DNA of 64,000 bases from Rickettsia sp. (GCA_038131245.1 JAYPPA010000004.1:14038-78037), one strand, 5' to 3'. Shown: positions 1 through 9,585, counted from the first letter of the stretch. Notes: generated by a model not told the origin, from the letters alone. Program-made: numbers and translations.

Positions 1-82
1 GCTTCATAGTTGCTGGCTCTTGGATTGAGCGCTTTTTTACTACCTTCCGCCTTCGCTCTGACGAGCTTAAGGCGAGATAGGT

Positions 83-1483
83 TTAACTGTGGATTGAGCG
101 CTTTTCTACGGCCATGGCGGCTTCTTTGACGGCTTCGTTGTAAGTAGGGTGAGCATGGCACGACCGTGCGATGTCTTCGCTAGAGCCACCAAATTCCATG
201 GTAATTACAGCCTCGTGGATTGTGTTACCAGCCTCGCGAGCAATAATATGTACCCCAAGAACCTTATCAGTTTTAGCGCAAGCTAAAATTTTCACGAAAC
301 CTTGATCGTCGAAAGTCGCTCTGGCTCTAGAGTTAGCCATCATGGCGAATTTTCCGACTTTGTAATCGATATTTGCGGCTTTTAATTCTTCTTCGGTTTT
401 ACCAACAGAAGCAACCTCTGGGTAAGTGTAAATCACGTTTGGAATTACATCGTAATTTACATGTCCAGCCTGGCCTGCGATGATTTCAGCAACGGCGACG
501 CCTTCGTCTTCGGCCTTATGAGCAAGCATTGGCCCAGTTGTAACATCGCCAATAACATAAATATTGTCGACATTAGTTTTTAGGTGGTTATTTTCGATGA
601 AGCCTCTTGCGTTAGTTTTAACGCCAGCTTTATCAAGCCCAAGCTTATCGGTATTAGGTTTGCGACCAACAGAAACAAGTACGATGTCGGCCTCTAAAGT
701 TTCTTTTTTAGCGTCTTTGACTGATTCGATTTCGACTTTTGCGCCAGATTTATCTTTCTTAACTGATAAAACTTTAGTAGAAAGACGGAACTTAAAGCCT
801 TGTTTTTCAAGGATTCTTTGGAAATTTCTCGAAACTTCATTATCCATTGAAGGAGTGATTTTGTCAAGATATTCAACAACCTCAACCTCAGCGCCAAATC
901 TAGACCAAACCGAAGCCATTTCTAGGCCGATAACACCGGCGCCAATGACGATTAGTTTTTTTGGAACTGATTTTAATTCAAGTGCGCCAGTTGAAGAAAT
1001 GATGATTTTTTCATCGATTTCAACACCCGGAAGGCTTGTTACTTCGGATCCGGTGGCGATTACGAAATTTTTCGCGCTGTATTTTTCTTTTTTACCAGCA
1101 TTTTCGACTTCAACGGTATTTTTGTCCAAGAAAGTGGCGTGACCAGTAATTGAAGTGACTTTATTTTTCTTGAAAAGGCCAGCGATACCTTGGGTAAGGC
1201 CTTTGACGATCTCGTCTTTATTGTTGATGACTTTTGCGACATCGACTTTTGGCTTATTGATTGTAATACCAAGTTTTTCGAATTGGTGATTAGCATCATG
1301 AAATTTATGCGAGATTTCAAGTAAGGCTTTTGAAGGGATACAGCCAACATTTAAGCATGTTCCGCCAAGGGTACTGCGTTTTTCTATGCAGGCAGTTTTT
1401 AAACCAAGCTGTGCAGCGCGAATTGCCGCAACATAGCCACCTGGGCCTCCACCAATTATTACTACATCAAAATTATTGCTCAT
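83..1483 (-). CDS. lpdA: dihydrolipoyl dehydrogenase (E3 of 2-oxoacid dehydrogenase complexes)
   Basis: ORF 83..1504. FAD fold 'DVVIIGGGPGGYVAAIRAAQLG', redox disulfide 'GGTCLNVGCIPSKALL', C-terminal 'HAHPTYNEAVKEAA'. The track start at 1504 is GTG. The ATG at 1483 (MSNNFDVV) fits the family N-terminus and the promoter at 1534-1562. Confidence 0.95.
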   Translation of the reverse strand: MSNNFDVVIIGGGPGGYVAAIRAAQLGLKTACIEKRSTLGGTCLNVGCIPSKALLEISHKFHDANHQFEKLGITINKPKVDVAKVINNKDEIVKGLTQGIAGLFKKNKVTSITGHATFLDKNTVEVENAGKKEKYSAKNFVIATGSEVTSLPGVEIDEKIIISSTGALELKSVPKKLIVIGAGVIGLEMASVWSRFGAEVEVVEYLDKITPSMDNEVSRNFQRILEKQGFKFRLSTKVLSVKKDKSGAKVEIESVKDAKKETLEADIVLVSVGRKPNTDKLGLDKAGVKTNARGFIENNHLKTNVDNIYVIGDVTTGPMLAHKAEDEGVAVAEIIAGQAGHVNYDVIPNVIYTYPEVASVGKTEEELKAANIDYKVGKFAMMANSRARATFDDQGFVKILACAKTDKVLGVHIIAREAGNTIHEAVITMEFGGSSEDIARSCHAHPTYNEAVKEAAMAVEKRSIHS

Positions 1484-1533
1484 ATTTTTTTTATTTTGGC
1501 GCACAAATTTAAATGCGCGTTTATATCTAATTC

Positions 1534-1562
1534 ATTATAACATATTTTAGGTTATTTGTCAA
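1534..1562 (-). promoter_or_regulatory. sigma70-type promoter candidate for lpdA (TTGACA-17-TATAAT)
   Basis: Minus strand reads cTTGACAaataacctaaaatatgtTATAATgaa. -35 = 1557-1562, -10 = 1534-1539, exact 17-nt spacer, about 45 nt upstream of the ATG at 1483. Confidence 0.65.
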
Positions 1563-1663
1563 GTATTTGTGACATTTTTCTGGATTGCCACGTCGCCTAT
1601 GGCTCCTCGCAATGACGGGGCGTGGTTTTATTTAGGTTATTTGTCAAGTATTTGTGACATTTT
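1546..1663. repeat. perfect 33-bp direct duplication flanking a 52-bp hairpin-containing insert
   Basis: tttaggttatttgtcaagtatttgtgacatttt occurs at 1546-1578 and 1631-1663. The intervening 1579-1630 (tctggattgccacgtcgcctatggctcctcgcaatgacggggcgtggtttta) has ccacg..cgtgg ends. Confidence 0.9.
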
Positions 1664-1692
1664 GTTGTTTTTAATAATTTTTTAAAGTTCAC

Positions 1693-1756
1693 CCTCCAGT
1701 GACTTCCTCATCAAACACGCTGTCGCGAAGCGTTTGAAGGAGAAAGTTACTGGAGG
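1693..1756. repeat. 64-bp imperfect palindromic element between panB and lpdA
   Basis: Left arm is cctccagtgacttcctcatcaaacacgc. The reverse complement of the right arm is cctccagtaactttctccttcaaacgc. No U-tract follows on either strand. Confidence 0.8.
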
Positions 1757-1786
1757 CTGAGCTTAAAAAAGACAAGGCGAGACAAA

Positions 1787-2584
1787 TTATTTGTCAAGTA
1801 TATTTGCTTTTTTAGGGAAATTGCCAGTTTTGATGTCATTTGCGAAATTCTTGGCGCAATTTGCGATATAATCAGCAGTTTTGCCATATTTTTCGACGAA
1901 TTTTGGGGTAAATTCTTGGTTTAGGCCGATCATGTCGTCGATTACTAAGATTTGACCATCACAGTTTAAAGAAGCACCAATGCCAATGGTTGGGATTGTT
2001 AATGCATTAGTAATTTGGTCGGCGAGTGAGGCTGGGGTGGCTTCGATTACTATGGCAAAAGCACCAGCATTTTGAGCATCAATTGCAATTTGCAGAATTT
2101 TTTCTGCAGAAGATTGGTCTTTGCCTTGATAAGAATAGCCGCCTAATTCGCGGACTTTTTGTGGCAAAAGTCCAACATGGGCCATGATTGGGATGTTGTT
2201 TTGGGCGATTAGTTTTATAGCGGCAATTTGGTTTTCGCCAGTTTCGATTTTAACAGCGTCACAGCCAGTTTGTTCGTAGATTTCGCGGGCGGTTTCTAGT
2301 GCTTGCTCAGGCGAGTTTTCGAAGGTGCCAGCCGGGATGTCGACAACGACGAGGCTGTGGCTACAGGCGTTAACTACTGCGCGGCCATGGTCGATCATCA
2401 TGCCAAGTGATACATCTAAAGTGTCTTTATGGCCGTAAATCGCCATGCCAAGAGAGTCTCCGACGAGAATTATGTCACAATGTTGGTCGATGGCTTTTGC
2501 GACTGGGTAAGTGTAGGCGGTGAGGCTGACGATTTTTTCTCGACCTTTTTTGCTTAAGATGTCTTTTATAGTGACTTTGCGCAT
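1787..2584 (-). CDS. panB: 3-methyl-2-oxobutanoate hydroxymethyltransferase (ketopantoate hydroxymethyltransferase)
   Basis: 265 aa. 'SLTAYTYPVAKAIDQHCDIILVGDSLGMAIYGHKDTL' and 'VKIETG' are typical PanB motifs. Confidence 0.93.
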   Translation of the reverse strand: MRKVTIKDILSKKGREKIVSLTAYTYPVAKAIDQHCDIILVGDSLGMAIYGHKDTLDVSLGMMIDHGRAVVNACSHSLVVVDIPAGTFENSPEQALETAREIYEQTGCDAVKIETGENQIAAIKLIAQNNIPIMAHVGLLPQKVRELGGYSYQGKDQSSAEKILQIAIDAQNAGAFAIVIEATPASLADQITNALTIPTIGIGASLNCDGQILVIDDMIGLNQEFTPKFVEKYGKTADYIANCAKNFANDIKTGNFPKKANILDK

Positions 2585-2586
2585 AT

Positions 2587-5500
2587 TTATTGTGTTGGAG
2601 GTTGGGCTGGGATTTGATTTGCTAAACCGCCGCTTTGCATTATTTGAATTAGTTGCTGCTGGGTCATTGCTGCTGAGTTGTTGTTTTGGTTTATTAATTG
2701 GCTTTTTTCTATCGGCTTTTCTTTTTTGTCTTGTTTTTTGACCTTCACTAGGTCTCTGTTTTTATTTTGTGGATTTGAGTAGAATTTTTTGCCTCTTTCT
2801 ATGTAGGTTTCTGCTTGAGAGAAGTTGTCGCTAAATTCGAGGTTAGCTAATTCTCCTTTGAAGTTTGAGGCGATTGTGATTGGGATTTGGCGTTTTTTGC
2901 TGCCGGTTAGGAAGATGATTTTCATTTCTCCTTGGCCAGATAAGGATTGGTTGCTAAATTTTGAGTTTATTGTGCCGTTGAAGGCAGTGCCTGAGAATTT
3001 GCCGCTTATACTGTCTTCAGTTTTTCTGTTGATGGATATTGTTCCTGAGGAGTTTTTGATTTTTGTTGTTTCTATTTTAGAGTAGAGCATGTCTTTTGGG
3101 TCGTAAATTTCATCGGCGTATTTTGCGAAATTGAAGAGTTTCCTGATCATGCTGTCAAGGCCGTAATTTTTGACGGTGATTGCTGAGGCGTTGTATTTGG
3201 CCTTTAAGCTCATGCCGGCGATGAATTCATTTTTGTTGCTGCCAAAAGAGGCGATGCTTGAGGAGATGTTGGCTGTGCCGTCGATATTTTCTATGTTGTA
3301 GAGGCTTAATATGTCTTTGATTGGGAATTTTATTAATGTTAGGTTGCCACTTAATGATTTGTCGAATTTAAGCGCTGCAGAGCCAGTAAAGTTTACTCTG
3401 CCGTCTTTGTAGCCACTTCTGAATGTTTCGAATTTTATAATGCCATCGTTCATTTTGGCGTTGATTTTGGAGTTTGACAGGTTGGTGCTGTTGATTTTGG
3501 TGTCTTTGAGGTCGATTATTATGTTGCCACTGAATCCTTCGAAGGATGGTAGAGAAAATAAAGTGTCGACAAGCGAGAAATCTTCGACTTTTTCTTCATC
3601 TTTTTTAAATTTTATGTCGTCGGTTTTTTCTTCTGGCATTATTTTTAACTTTTCTGACTTTAAAGAAAGGTTGAATTTGGAGATTGATTCTTTGATTTCA
3701 ATGGCTAGAGAGGTTGCGATGTCGGAATCTTCAGATTCTATTTTCATATTGTCAATTTCGATGTAATTTTTGCCAATTCTTGTTTTAAATTCGTTTGTGT
3801 AGTAGGTTTTGTTGTTGTAAATTAGGTTGTCGATTGAAATTTCAAGGTCATTTCTTGAATTTAAGGAATTTACCCAGAGAAGCTTTTTCAAAAGCGAGCC
3901 TGGTGACAGGTAGGTGTTTTTGGAAGATGTTTGGAAGAACCTAGAGATTTCAAGGTTGGAGATGTCTAATTTTGATACAGTGTAAGGAAAGCCCTCCTGG
4001 TGATAGATGTTTGATTCTCCTAGTATTTCGGGTCCGTCTTTAATGTTGATATATAGATTGTCGAAGTGTGTTGAGCCTGGTTTTTGAAAGACATCACTGT
4101 AGACCGCGTAGGAGCTTAGGTTTGAGTATTTTAGATTATCTAGTTTAAAGCCAAACCAGGTTAATAGCATCGATAAATTCTCGCCGGTTGCGTCGAGTTT
4201 GCCCAGGAATTTTGGAGTGTCGTTGCGGTTTTCAAAGATGCCGGTGATTCTAAACTTGCCATTACCTGGTGTTTTGAAGCTAAGTGGGAGTATTAGAACT
4301 TCACCATTTTTTGATATTGATGAATAGAGGCTAATTTCATGAATTTCTTCGAATAGATATCTGGCTTTTTCTATACTTAATTCAAGATTAAGATCTACAT
4401 CCCGAAGATCTTTAACTAATTCTTTTGCGATGTTTTTTTCATCTTTTAGGAGTTTTGGTTCTTGTTTTTTTGCTATTTTTATTGAATTTTGCGCTGTTTT
4501 TTTATCTTTTTTGATTATTCTTTGGGAGCTATCGATAAATATTTTGTCAAAGTTAACAAATCCTAGATTTAGCTCGATGTCAACAATAGGAAGTTTTTCT
4601 AGGTAGGATATGTAGATATTTGTTGCTCCGGATATGTCTTGAGATTGTATTTCACAATCTTGGACAAAGATATCTAAGCCCTCTTTTGTGATGGATGATG
4701 AGAGTTTGATCGGGTCGGAAGTCTCTTTTAATTTTTTGAATATGTAATTATTATCAGAAATAAAAGATTTATAAAATCCTTTTAGGTTAAAGATCTTTGC
4801 GGATAGATTGCCTTTAAAGTTTTCAAAAAAATCTTTAGAGTCAGTGGAAGAGAATTTTCCAGATGCGAGTAACTCCATTATTTCTGATTTTAATAGAATT
4901 GAGGAATCTTTGTTGGTTTTGGCTGAGTTGAAGTTGATTAAAAAATTGGTGAAAATACCTTTGTTGATAAAATCTCCCTTGGCAAGTAGTGAGTCTTGCT
5001 TGAAATTGGTTGTCATATTGACTTTGTCGATCTGTTTTTTATTGCCTAGTTTGGAGTAGTAAATTAAATTAAAGTCTTTTAAACTGAAATTAATTTTTTT
5101 TAAGAAATGGCTATTATTTAAGTTCAATTCGTCGACTGGAAATAAATTTCCACCAATTCCTCCTTGGCGAATAGTTTTTAGTTGAGATTCAGATATTAAT
5201 TTTATTAATTCTTTTGATTTTGTCTTTTCGGCATTATCAGAAGATGCCACTTCCATGGTTGCATTATTTATGGATATTGAGGTGATGTCGAATTTTGATA
5301 GAAATGCTGATAAAATTGAGAGTTTTATGGTTATTTTTTCTGAATGTAGGTGGATGGTTTTTGAGCCGGTGAATAAATTTCTAAGGTAAACTTCGTTGAA
5401 GGTGATATTTGGTACTGGGAAGAGCGAGGTTTTTATCTCGCCGTTAATTTTTAATTCTGCTTTTAATTGATTAGAAAATTTACTTTCCAGGTCTTCTCGT

Positions 5501-5649
5501 AGAGTTTGGTTATTTAGTATTAGCGGCGCTGAGAATAATATTAGGATAAGAATTAGTATTACAGGAAGTATCATTATGAGTATTTTAGACTCTATGAACT
5601 TCTCCTCGGCACCTTTAATCTTGCTGGAAATGGACTTAAAAAATTGCAT
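2587..5649 (-). CDS. AsmA-family large membrane-anchored protein
   Basis: 1020 aa with an N-terminal TM helix (ILIMILPVILILILILFSAPLIL). The long Asn/Ser/Lys-rich beta-type body matches AsmA/DUF3971-like architecture, and the tail is Gln/Pro-rich. The stop lies 2 nt before the panB start. Family call is from architecture only. Confidence 0.5.
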   Translation of the reverse strand: MQFFKSISSKIKGAEEKFIESKILIMILPVILILILILFSAPLILNNQTLREDLESKFSNQLKAELKINGEIKTSLFPVPNITFNEVYLRNLFTGSKTIHLHSEKITIKLSILSAFLSKFDITSISINNATMEVASSDNAEKTKSKELIKLISESQLKTIRQGGIGGNLFPVDELNLNNSHFLKKINFSLKDFNLIYYSKLGNKKQIDKVNMTTNFKQDSLLAKGDFINKGIFTNFLINFNSAKTNKDSSILLKSEIMELLASGKFSSTDSKDFFENFKGNLSAKIFNLKGFYKSFISDNNYIFKKLKETSDPIKLSSSITKEGLDIFVQDCEIQSQDISGATNIYISYLEKLPIVDIELNLGFVNFDKIFIDSSQRIIKKDKKTAQNSIKIAKKQEPKLLKDEKNIAKELVKDLRDVDLNLELSIEKARYLFEEIHEISLYSSISKNGEVLILPLSFKTPGNGKFRITGIFENRNDTPKFLGKLDATGENLSMLLTWFGFKLDNLKYSNLSSYAVYSDVFQKPGSTHFDNLYINIKDGPEILGESNIYHQEGFPYTVSKLDISNLEISRFFQTSSKNTYLSPGSLLKKLLWVNSLNSRNDLEISIDNLIYNNKTYYTNEFKTRIGKNYIEIDNMKIESEDSDIATSLAIEIKESISKFNLSLKSEKLKIMPEEKTDDIKFKKDEEKVEDFSLVDTLFSLPSFEGFSGNIIIDLKDTKINSTNLSNSKINAKMNDGIIKFETFRSGYKDGRVNFTGSAALKFDKSLSGNLTLIKFPIKDILSLYNIENIDGTANISSSIASFGSNKNEFIAGMSLKAKYNASAITVKNYGLDSMIRKLFNFAKYADEIYDPKDMLYSKIETTKIKNSSGTISINRKTEDSISGKFSGTAFNGTINSKFSNQSLSGQGEMKIIFLTGSKKRQIPITIASNFKGELANLEFSDNFSQAETYIERGKKFYSNPQNKNRDLVKVKKQDKKEKPIEKSQLINQNNNSAAMTQQQLIQIMQSGGLANQIPAQPPTQ

Positions 5650-5793
5650 TTATTTATTTAATAGCTAAAAATTTAGTCAGAACTATCCTTGCTTTAAATA
5701 TTAGCTTAAGTTATATTTAAAGTCAAAGGGGGATTGATTTTTTTTTAAAGTGTTGCCTTTAATATTAAGTAACCACTAAAGTGATAATAATAG

Positions 5794-5823
5794 TTGACAA
5801 TTCTTGCTTTTTGTTTTTATTAT
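5794..5823 (+). promoter_or_regulatory. sigma70-type promoter candidate for the kinase/EPS operon
   Basis: TTGACA at 5794-5799, 18-nt spacer, TATTAT at 5818-5823, about 30 nt upstream of the ATG at 5855. Confidence 0.45.
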
Positions 5824-5854
5824 TATATATATGAATTGCATATAATTATTACAA

Positions 5855-8086
5855 ATGAAAAAAGAGATTTTTAAAAAATATTTTAATTTTTCTGTTCGAT
5901 CGCTTAGTGCGAAGATTGTTTTTCTTGCCTGTGTAGCTGTGTTCCTTGGGACTTTTATTGTGGGGATGGTAAACTACTATCGTACTGTGGAAATCGCCTC
6001 TGATGCTGCAATTGAAGGGTTAGCTGGCGAGACTCGTTTAGCATCATTAAGGTTTAAAGGTGGCTATAATGAGATGAAAAATGACGCTTTTATCATTTCT
6101 AGGATGCCTTCGATTGAAGGGGTTATCCAAAGTATTGCTGGTAATTCTTCTGTAGGTATATGGAGAGATAGGCTTGCTATTGTTTTTTCCTCTATAATAA
6201 AGGATCGGGATCATTATAAGCAAATAAGGCTTATTGGGGTTGCTGATGGAGGGAAGGAGATTGTTCGAGTAAGACGTTTAGGTGGTAACATTGAGGTGTT
6301 TTCTAAGGGGCATTTAAAGCGTAGAAATGATGACCCTTATTTTAAGGAGGTGATTAATGGCAGAAAAGGAGTTTATTTTTCTAGAGCGCTTCGTGACAAG
6401 GAACTTGTAGGTTCTGATGAGAAGGATGTTTTGATTATTCGCGCTTTTCTGCCAATATTTCATAAAGATGAGCTGTTTGGGGTAATTGTTATTGATGTTG
6501 ATTATGACAAGTTTTTTGTTAATATATTTAAAGAGATTAAATTAAATAAAAATGCTTTTGTTTTAAATGACGAAGGTAATCATATGGAGTATTATAAAGA
6601 CAGAGAATCTTCTGATGCTAAGTTTCATGATAACGATCATTATCCTGATTTTTTGCGTGATTTTTTTGCGTCTAACAATCAAGAGGATAGTGCAGTTGAG
6701 GGGGGTGATATTTTTTACGGAGTTAAGGTTGGTATTGATGAAAGTGACCCTAAAAGGTTTTTTGGAGTGGTTTTAAAAATTCCTTACGATGATGTAATGG
6801 AAGAGGTTCATAAGATTCGTTATAAAAATGCTATATTAGGTATATTGATTATTTTTATCTCTTTGCTTTTAACTGCTTTATTTGCGATAGCATTGACTAA
6901 TCCACTTAGAAAAATGACTAGAGAAATATTGTTGTCGAAAAATCACAAGATCAAGAATCTTGATTTACCCTTGGGCTTGCAGGATGAGACGGGGGATTTA
7001 GCAAGAGCTTTTAAAAATAAGGCAGAGGAGCTGGCTTTGAGCGAAGAAAAGCTTCAGGCTGTTATAGATAATATCGTCGATGGCATTATCACAGTTGATA
7101 AAAATGGTAAAATAGATAGCTATAGTCAGGCTTGTAATAATATTTTTGGATATCAAGAGGTTGATGCTTTAGGTAAAAGTTTTGGGTTTTTACTAAAAGA
7201 TCCTGATTGCTTTAATGACGAACTTGATGGCTTAATTAACAAAAGGTTGGAATTTGTTGCTATTAGTCAAGATGGTCGCGAATTCCCTTTGGAAGTTTCT
7301 ATAAGTAGAATAACTTTAAACAGTAGGGATTTGTATTGCCTTGTTGTTCGTGATATTACAGAAATTAAACAAGTTGAGGATATGAAAAACGAATTTATTT
7401 CAACTATAAATCATGAAATTCGCACTCCTCTTACCTCCATACAAGGGTCCTTGATTTTACTGCAGGATAAGATGAAGTCTTTGAAGGATAGAAAAATTAA
7501 AAGTTTGATTGATATTTCTCGTAGTAACAGTGATAGGTTGTTACTTTTGGTGAATGATATTTTAGATATAGAAAAAATGGCAGCCGGGCGCATGAATTAT
7601 GATATTCAAAGGTATGATATTTATGAATTAGTCAAGATTGCTGTTGAAAAAAGTCAGGGATACGCCCAGAAATACAATATACAACTAAAACTTAATAGAA
7701 AGATGGGTGAGGTATATTGTCGAGTTGATGCAGATCGTTTTGAACAGGCAATTAATAATTTACTTTCAAATGCTGTGAAGTATTCTCCTAGAGGTGGAAA
7801 AGTTACGATCAAAGTTGAGGATTATGGAAAGACTCGAGTTAAAGTTTCAGTTTGCGATAAGGGCTCGGGTATTCCTAAAAAATTTTACGATAAGATTTTT
7901 CATAGATTTTCTCAATCTGATGATCATACGACTCGAAAGAAGGGCGGGACTGGGCTTGGCTTAAGTATTGTAAAATCAATAGTTAAGGCTTTTAAAGGTA
8001 AAGTTGACTTTGAGAGTGAAGAAGGAAAGGGCTCAACTTTTTATATAATATTACCAAAAACAAGAAAAAGAAATGTTAAAAAATAA
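5855..8086 (+). CDS. sensor histidine kinase (2 TM, large periplasmic domain, HAMP, PAS, HisKA, HATPase_c)
   Basis: 743 aa. TM1 is IVFLACVAVFLGTFIVGMV, followed by a ~290-aa extracytoplasmic segment and TM2 AILGILIIFISLLLTALFAIALT. PAS 'LQAVIDNIVDGIITVDKNGKI', H-box 'FISTINHEIRTPLTSI', G-boxes 'DKGSGIP' and 'GGTGLGLSIVKSIV'. No receiver domain. Confidence 0.9.
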   Translation: MKKEIFKKYFNFSVRSLSAKIVFLACVAVFLGTFIVGMVNYYRTVEIASDAAIEGLAGETRLASLRFKGGYNEMKNDAFIISRMPSIEGVIQSIAGNSSVGIWRDRLAIVFSSIIKDRDHYKQIRLIGVADGGKEIVRVRRLGGNIEVFSKGHLKRRNDDPYFKEVINGRKGVYFSRALRDKELVGSDEKDVLIIRAFLPIFHKDELFGVIVIDVDYDKFFVNIFKEIKLNKNAFVLNDEGNHMEYYKDRESSDAKFHDNDHYPDFLRDFFASNNQEDSAVEGGDIFYGVKVGIDESDPKRFFGVVLKIPYDDVMEEVHKIRYKNAILGILIIFISLLLTALFAIALTNPLRKMTREILLSKNHKIKNLDLPLGLQDETGDLARAFKNKAEELALSEEKLQAVIDNIVDGIITVDKNGKIDSYSQACNNIFGYQEVDALGKSFGFLLKDPDCFNDELDGLINKRLEFVAISQDGREFPLEVSISRITLNSRDLYCLVVRDITEIKQVEDMKNEFISTINHEIRTPLTSIQGSLILLQDKMKSLKDRKIKSLIDISRSNSDRLLLLVNDILDIEKMAAGRMNYDIQRYDIYELVKIAVEKSQGYAQKYNIQLKLNRKMGEVYCRVDADRFEQAINNLLSNAVKYSPRGGKVTIKVEDYGKTRVKVSVCDKGSGIPKKFYDKIFHRFSQSDDHTTRKKGGTGLGLSIVKSIVKAFKGKVDFESEEGKGSTFYIILPKTRKRNVKK

Positions 8087-8468
8087 ATTAAAGAAAGTTT
8101 TATATATTGAAGATGACGAGGATATTGCACAAATAGCGATGATGACCTTTGAGGATCTGTGTGGTTTTGATGCAAAGCATTGTATTTGTGGCGCTGATGG
8201 CTTGAAAATGTTGCCGAAGTTAAAGCCTGATTTGATAATACTTGATATGATGATGCCTGACATGAATGGCCTTGAAACTTTGAAAAATATCAGAAAAATC
8301 AAAGAATTTAAAGATATTCCAGTAATATTTATGACAGCAAAGATGCAAAGTCATGAGCAAAAATCTTATTTGGATGCAGGAGCTGTTGGCGTTATAACCA
8401 AACCATTTGATCCGATGAGCTTGTGCGAAAATATTAATAAAATATGGAAAGAAGTAAATGCCAAGTAA
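8073..8468 (+). CDS. single-domain (CheY-like) response regulator
   Basis: 131 aa. 'VLYIEDDEDI', 'LIILDMMMPDMNGLE' and 'PVIFMTAK' give the receiver D-D-D-T/K pattern. No output domain. Overlaps the kinase stop by 14 nt. Confidence 0.9.
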   Translation: MLKNKLKKVLYIEDDEDIAQIAMMTFEDLCGFDAKHCICGADGLKMLPKLKPDLIILDMMMPDMNGLETLKNIRKIKEFKDIPVIFMTAKMQSHEQKSYLDAGAVGVITKPFDPMSLCENINKIWKEVNAK

Positions 8469-9585
8469 GAAAGAGTTTCAGGAAAATCTGAATAAAATTG
8501 CTCAGAATTTTCTAGTTAAATTGAAAGGGTCTATAGTTGATTTTGAAAAATGTTTAAAATCGATTGAGAAAGAAGATTTACCAAAAAAAATGCAAGATGA
8601 TGTTCTTGTGATTTTTCACAAAATAGCTGGCTTAGCAAAAATAGTTGGCTTCGAAGATCTTGGAAAAAAAGCAGCGCAGATCGAAGAAATTCTCAAGACA
8701 AAAGTATCTAAATCAAAGCTTGATGATTTGAAAAAGCTTTTAGATTCTTTTATAAAAGATTCTCACAAACTTATTTCTGCAAATTTAAAGTCGGAATCTA
8801 AACAGACCCTAAAGCACAAAGATAAGTGCAATTATAAATATAAGATTTTGATTGCTGAGGACAATGAGTTAATGCGAGATCTATTAAGGGAGGCTTTGCT
8901 TGATATAAAATGTGAGTTGATAGAGGCTGAAGATGGGGCGAGGGCCATAAAAATGGCGAAATCGGAAAGTAAGAATCTGAATCTGGTTATTTTGGATGTA
9001 AATATGCCCAAGAAGAATGGGTTTGAGGTACTAAAGGCTTTAAAAGGTGCAGGGCCTACCAAGGACATCCCGGCGATAATGCTGACAAGAAAAGCCGAGG
9101 ACGAAAATGTGATAAAAGGAATATCGGGTGGCGCGATAGACTATATCACTAAACCTTTCGAAGTTCAAGATCTAGTTAACATTATATCAGATATTTTAAA
9201 GAATGTCAAGAAGAAAATCTTGATTGCTGATGATGATGAATTAATTCATGATTTATTAACTGGACATTTCCATCATTTGGGTTATGATGTAGTTAATGCT
9301 AAAGATGGTAAAGAGGCTGTAAAAATGATAAAAAAAGAAAAGCCAGATATTGCTATTATTGATTATATGATGCCGGCTTTAGATGGAATTTCAGTGATAA
9401 GAAAGGTTAGAGAGGATAGTGAGTTAAAAAATATTCCAATGATATTGTTAACTGCAAAATCTCAGCAGGAAAATGTTTTATTGGGACTTAAGAGTGGCGC
9501 AAGGGATTATATTACAAAACCGTTTGATGTTGATGAGTTATCGCAAAGGATAGCGGGTATTTTACAAAGGAGCGAAGATGACTAA
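8458..9585 (+). CDS. Hpt-REC-REC phosphorelay protein
   Basis: 375 aa. The N-terminal four-helix region carries the Hpt motif 'FHKIAGLAKIVGFEDLGKKAAQIEEIL'. Two receiver domains follow ('ILIAEDNEL..VILDVNMPKKNGFE..MLTRK' and 'ILIADDDEL..AIIDYMMPALDGIS..LLTAK'). No DNA-binding or enzymatic output domain. Confidence 0.8.
   Translation: MPSKKEFQENLNKIAQNFLVKLKGSIVDFEKCLKSIEKEDLPKKMQDDVLVIFHKIAGLAKIVGFEDLGKKAAQIEEILKTKVSKSKLDDLKKLLDSFIKDSHKLISANLKSESKQTLKHKDKCNYKYKILIAEDNELMRDLLREALLDIKCELIEAEDGARAIKMAKSESKNLNLVILDVNMPKKNGFEVLKALKGAGPTKDIPAIMLTRKAEDENVIKGISGGAIDYITKPFEVQDLVNIISDILKNVKKKILIADDDELIHDLLTGHFHHLGYDVVNAKDGKEAVKMIKKEKPDIAIIDYMMPALDGISVIRKVREDSELKNIPMILLTAKSQQENVLLGLKSGARDYITKPFDVDELSQRIAGILQRSEDD

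Noticed and set aside
564-1142. 192-aa plus-strand ORF (and the 694-897, 1060-1350 and 1330-1512 ORFs) inside lpdA
   Set aside because: These are antisense or alternate-frame ORFs within a well-supported lpdA gene. Their composition is low-complexity Ser/Leu/Phe, typical of the opposite strand of an AT-rich gene.
1546-1663. Regularly spaced identical 33-mers as a possible mini CRISPR array
   Set aside because: There are only two copies, the repeat contains the lpdA -35 box, and no cas genes or further repeat-spacer units are present. It is better explained as a local duplication.
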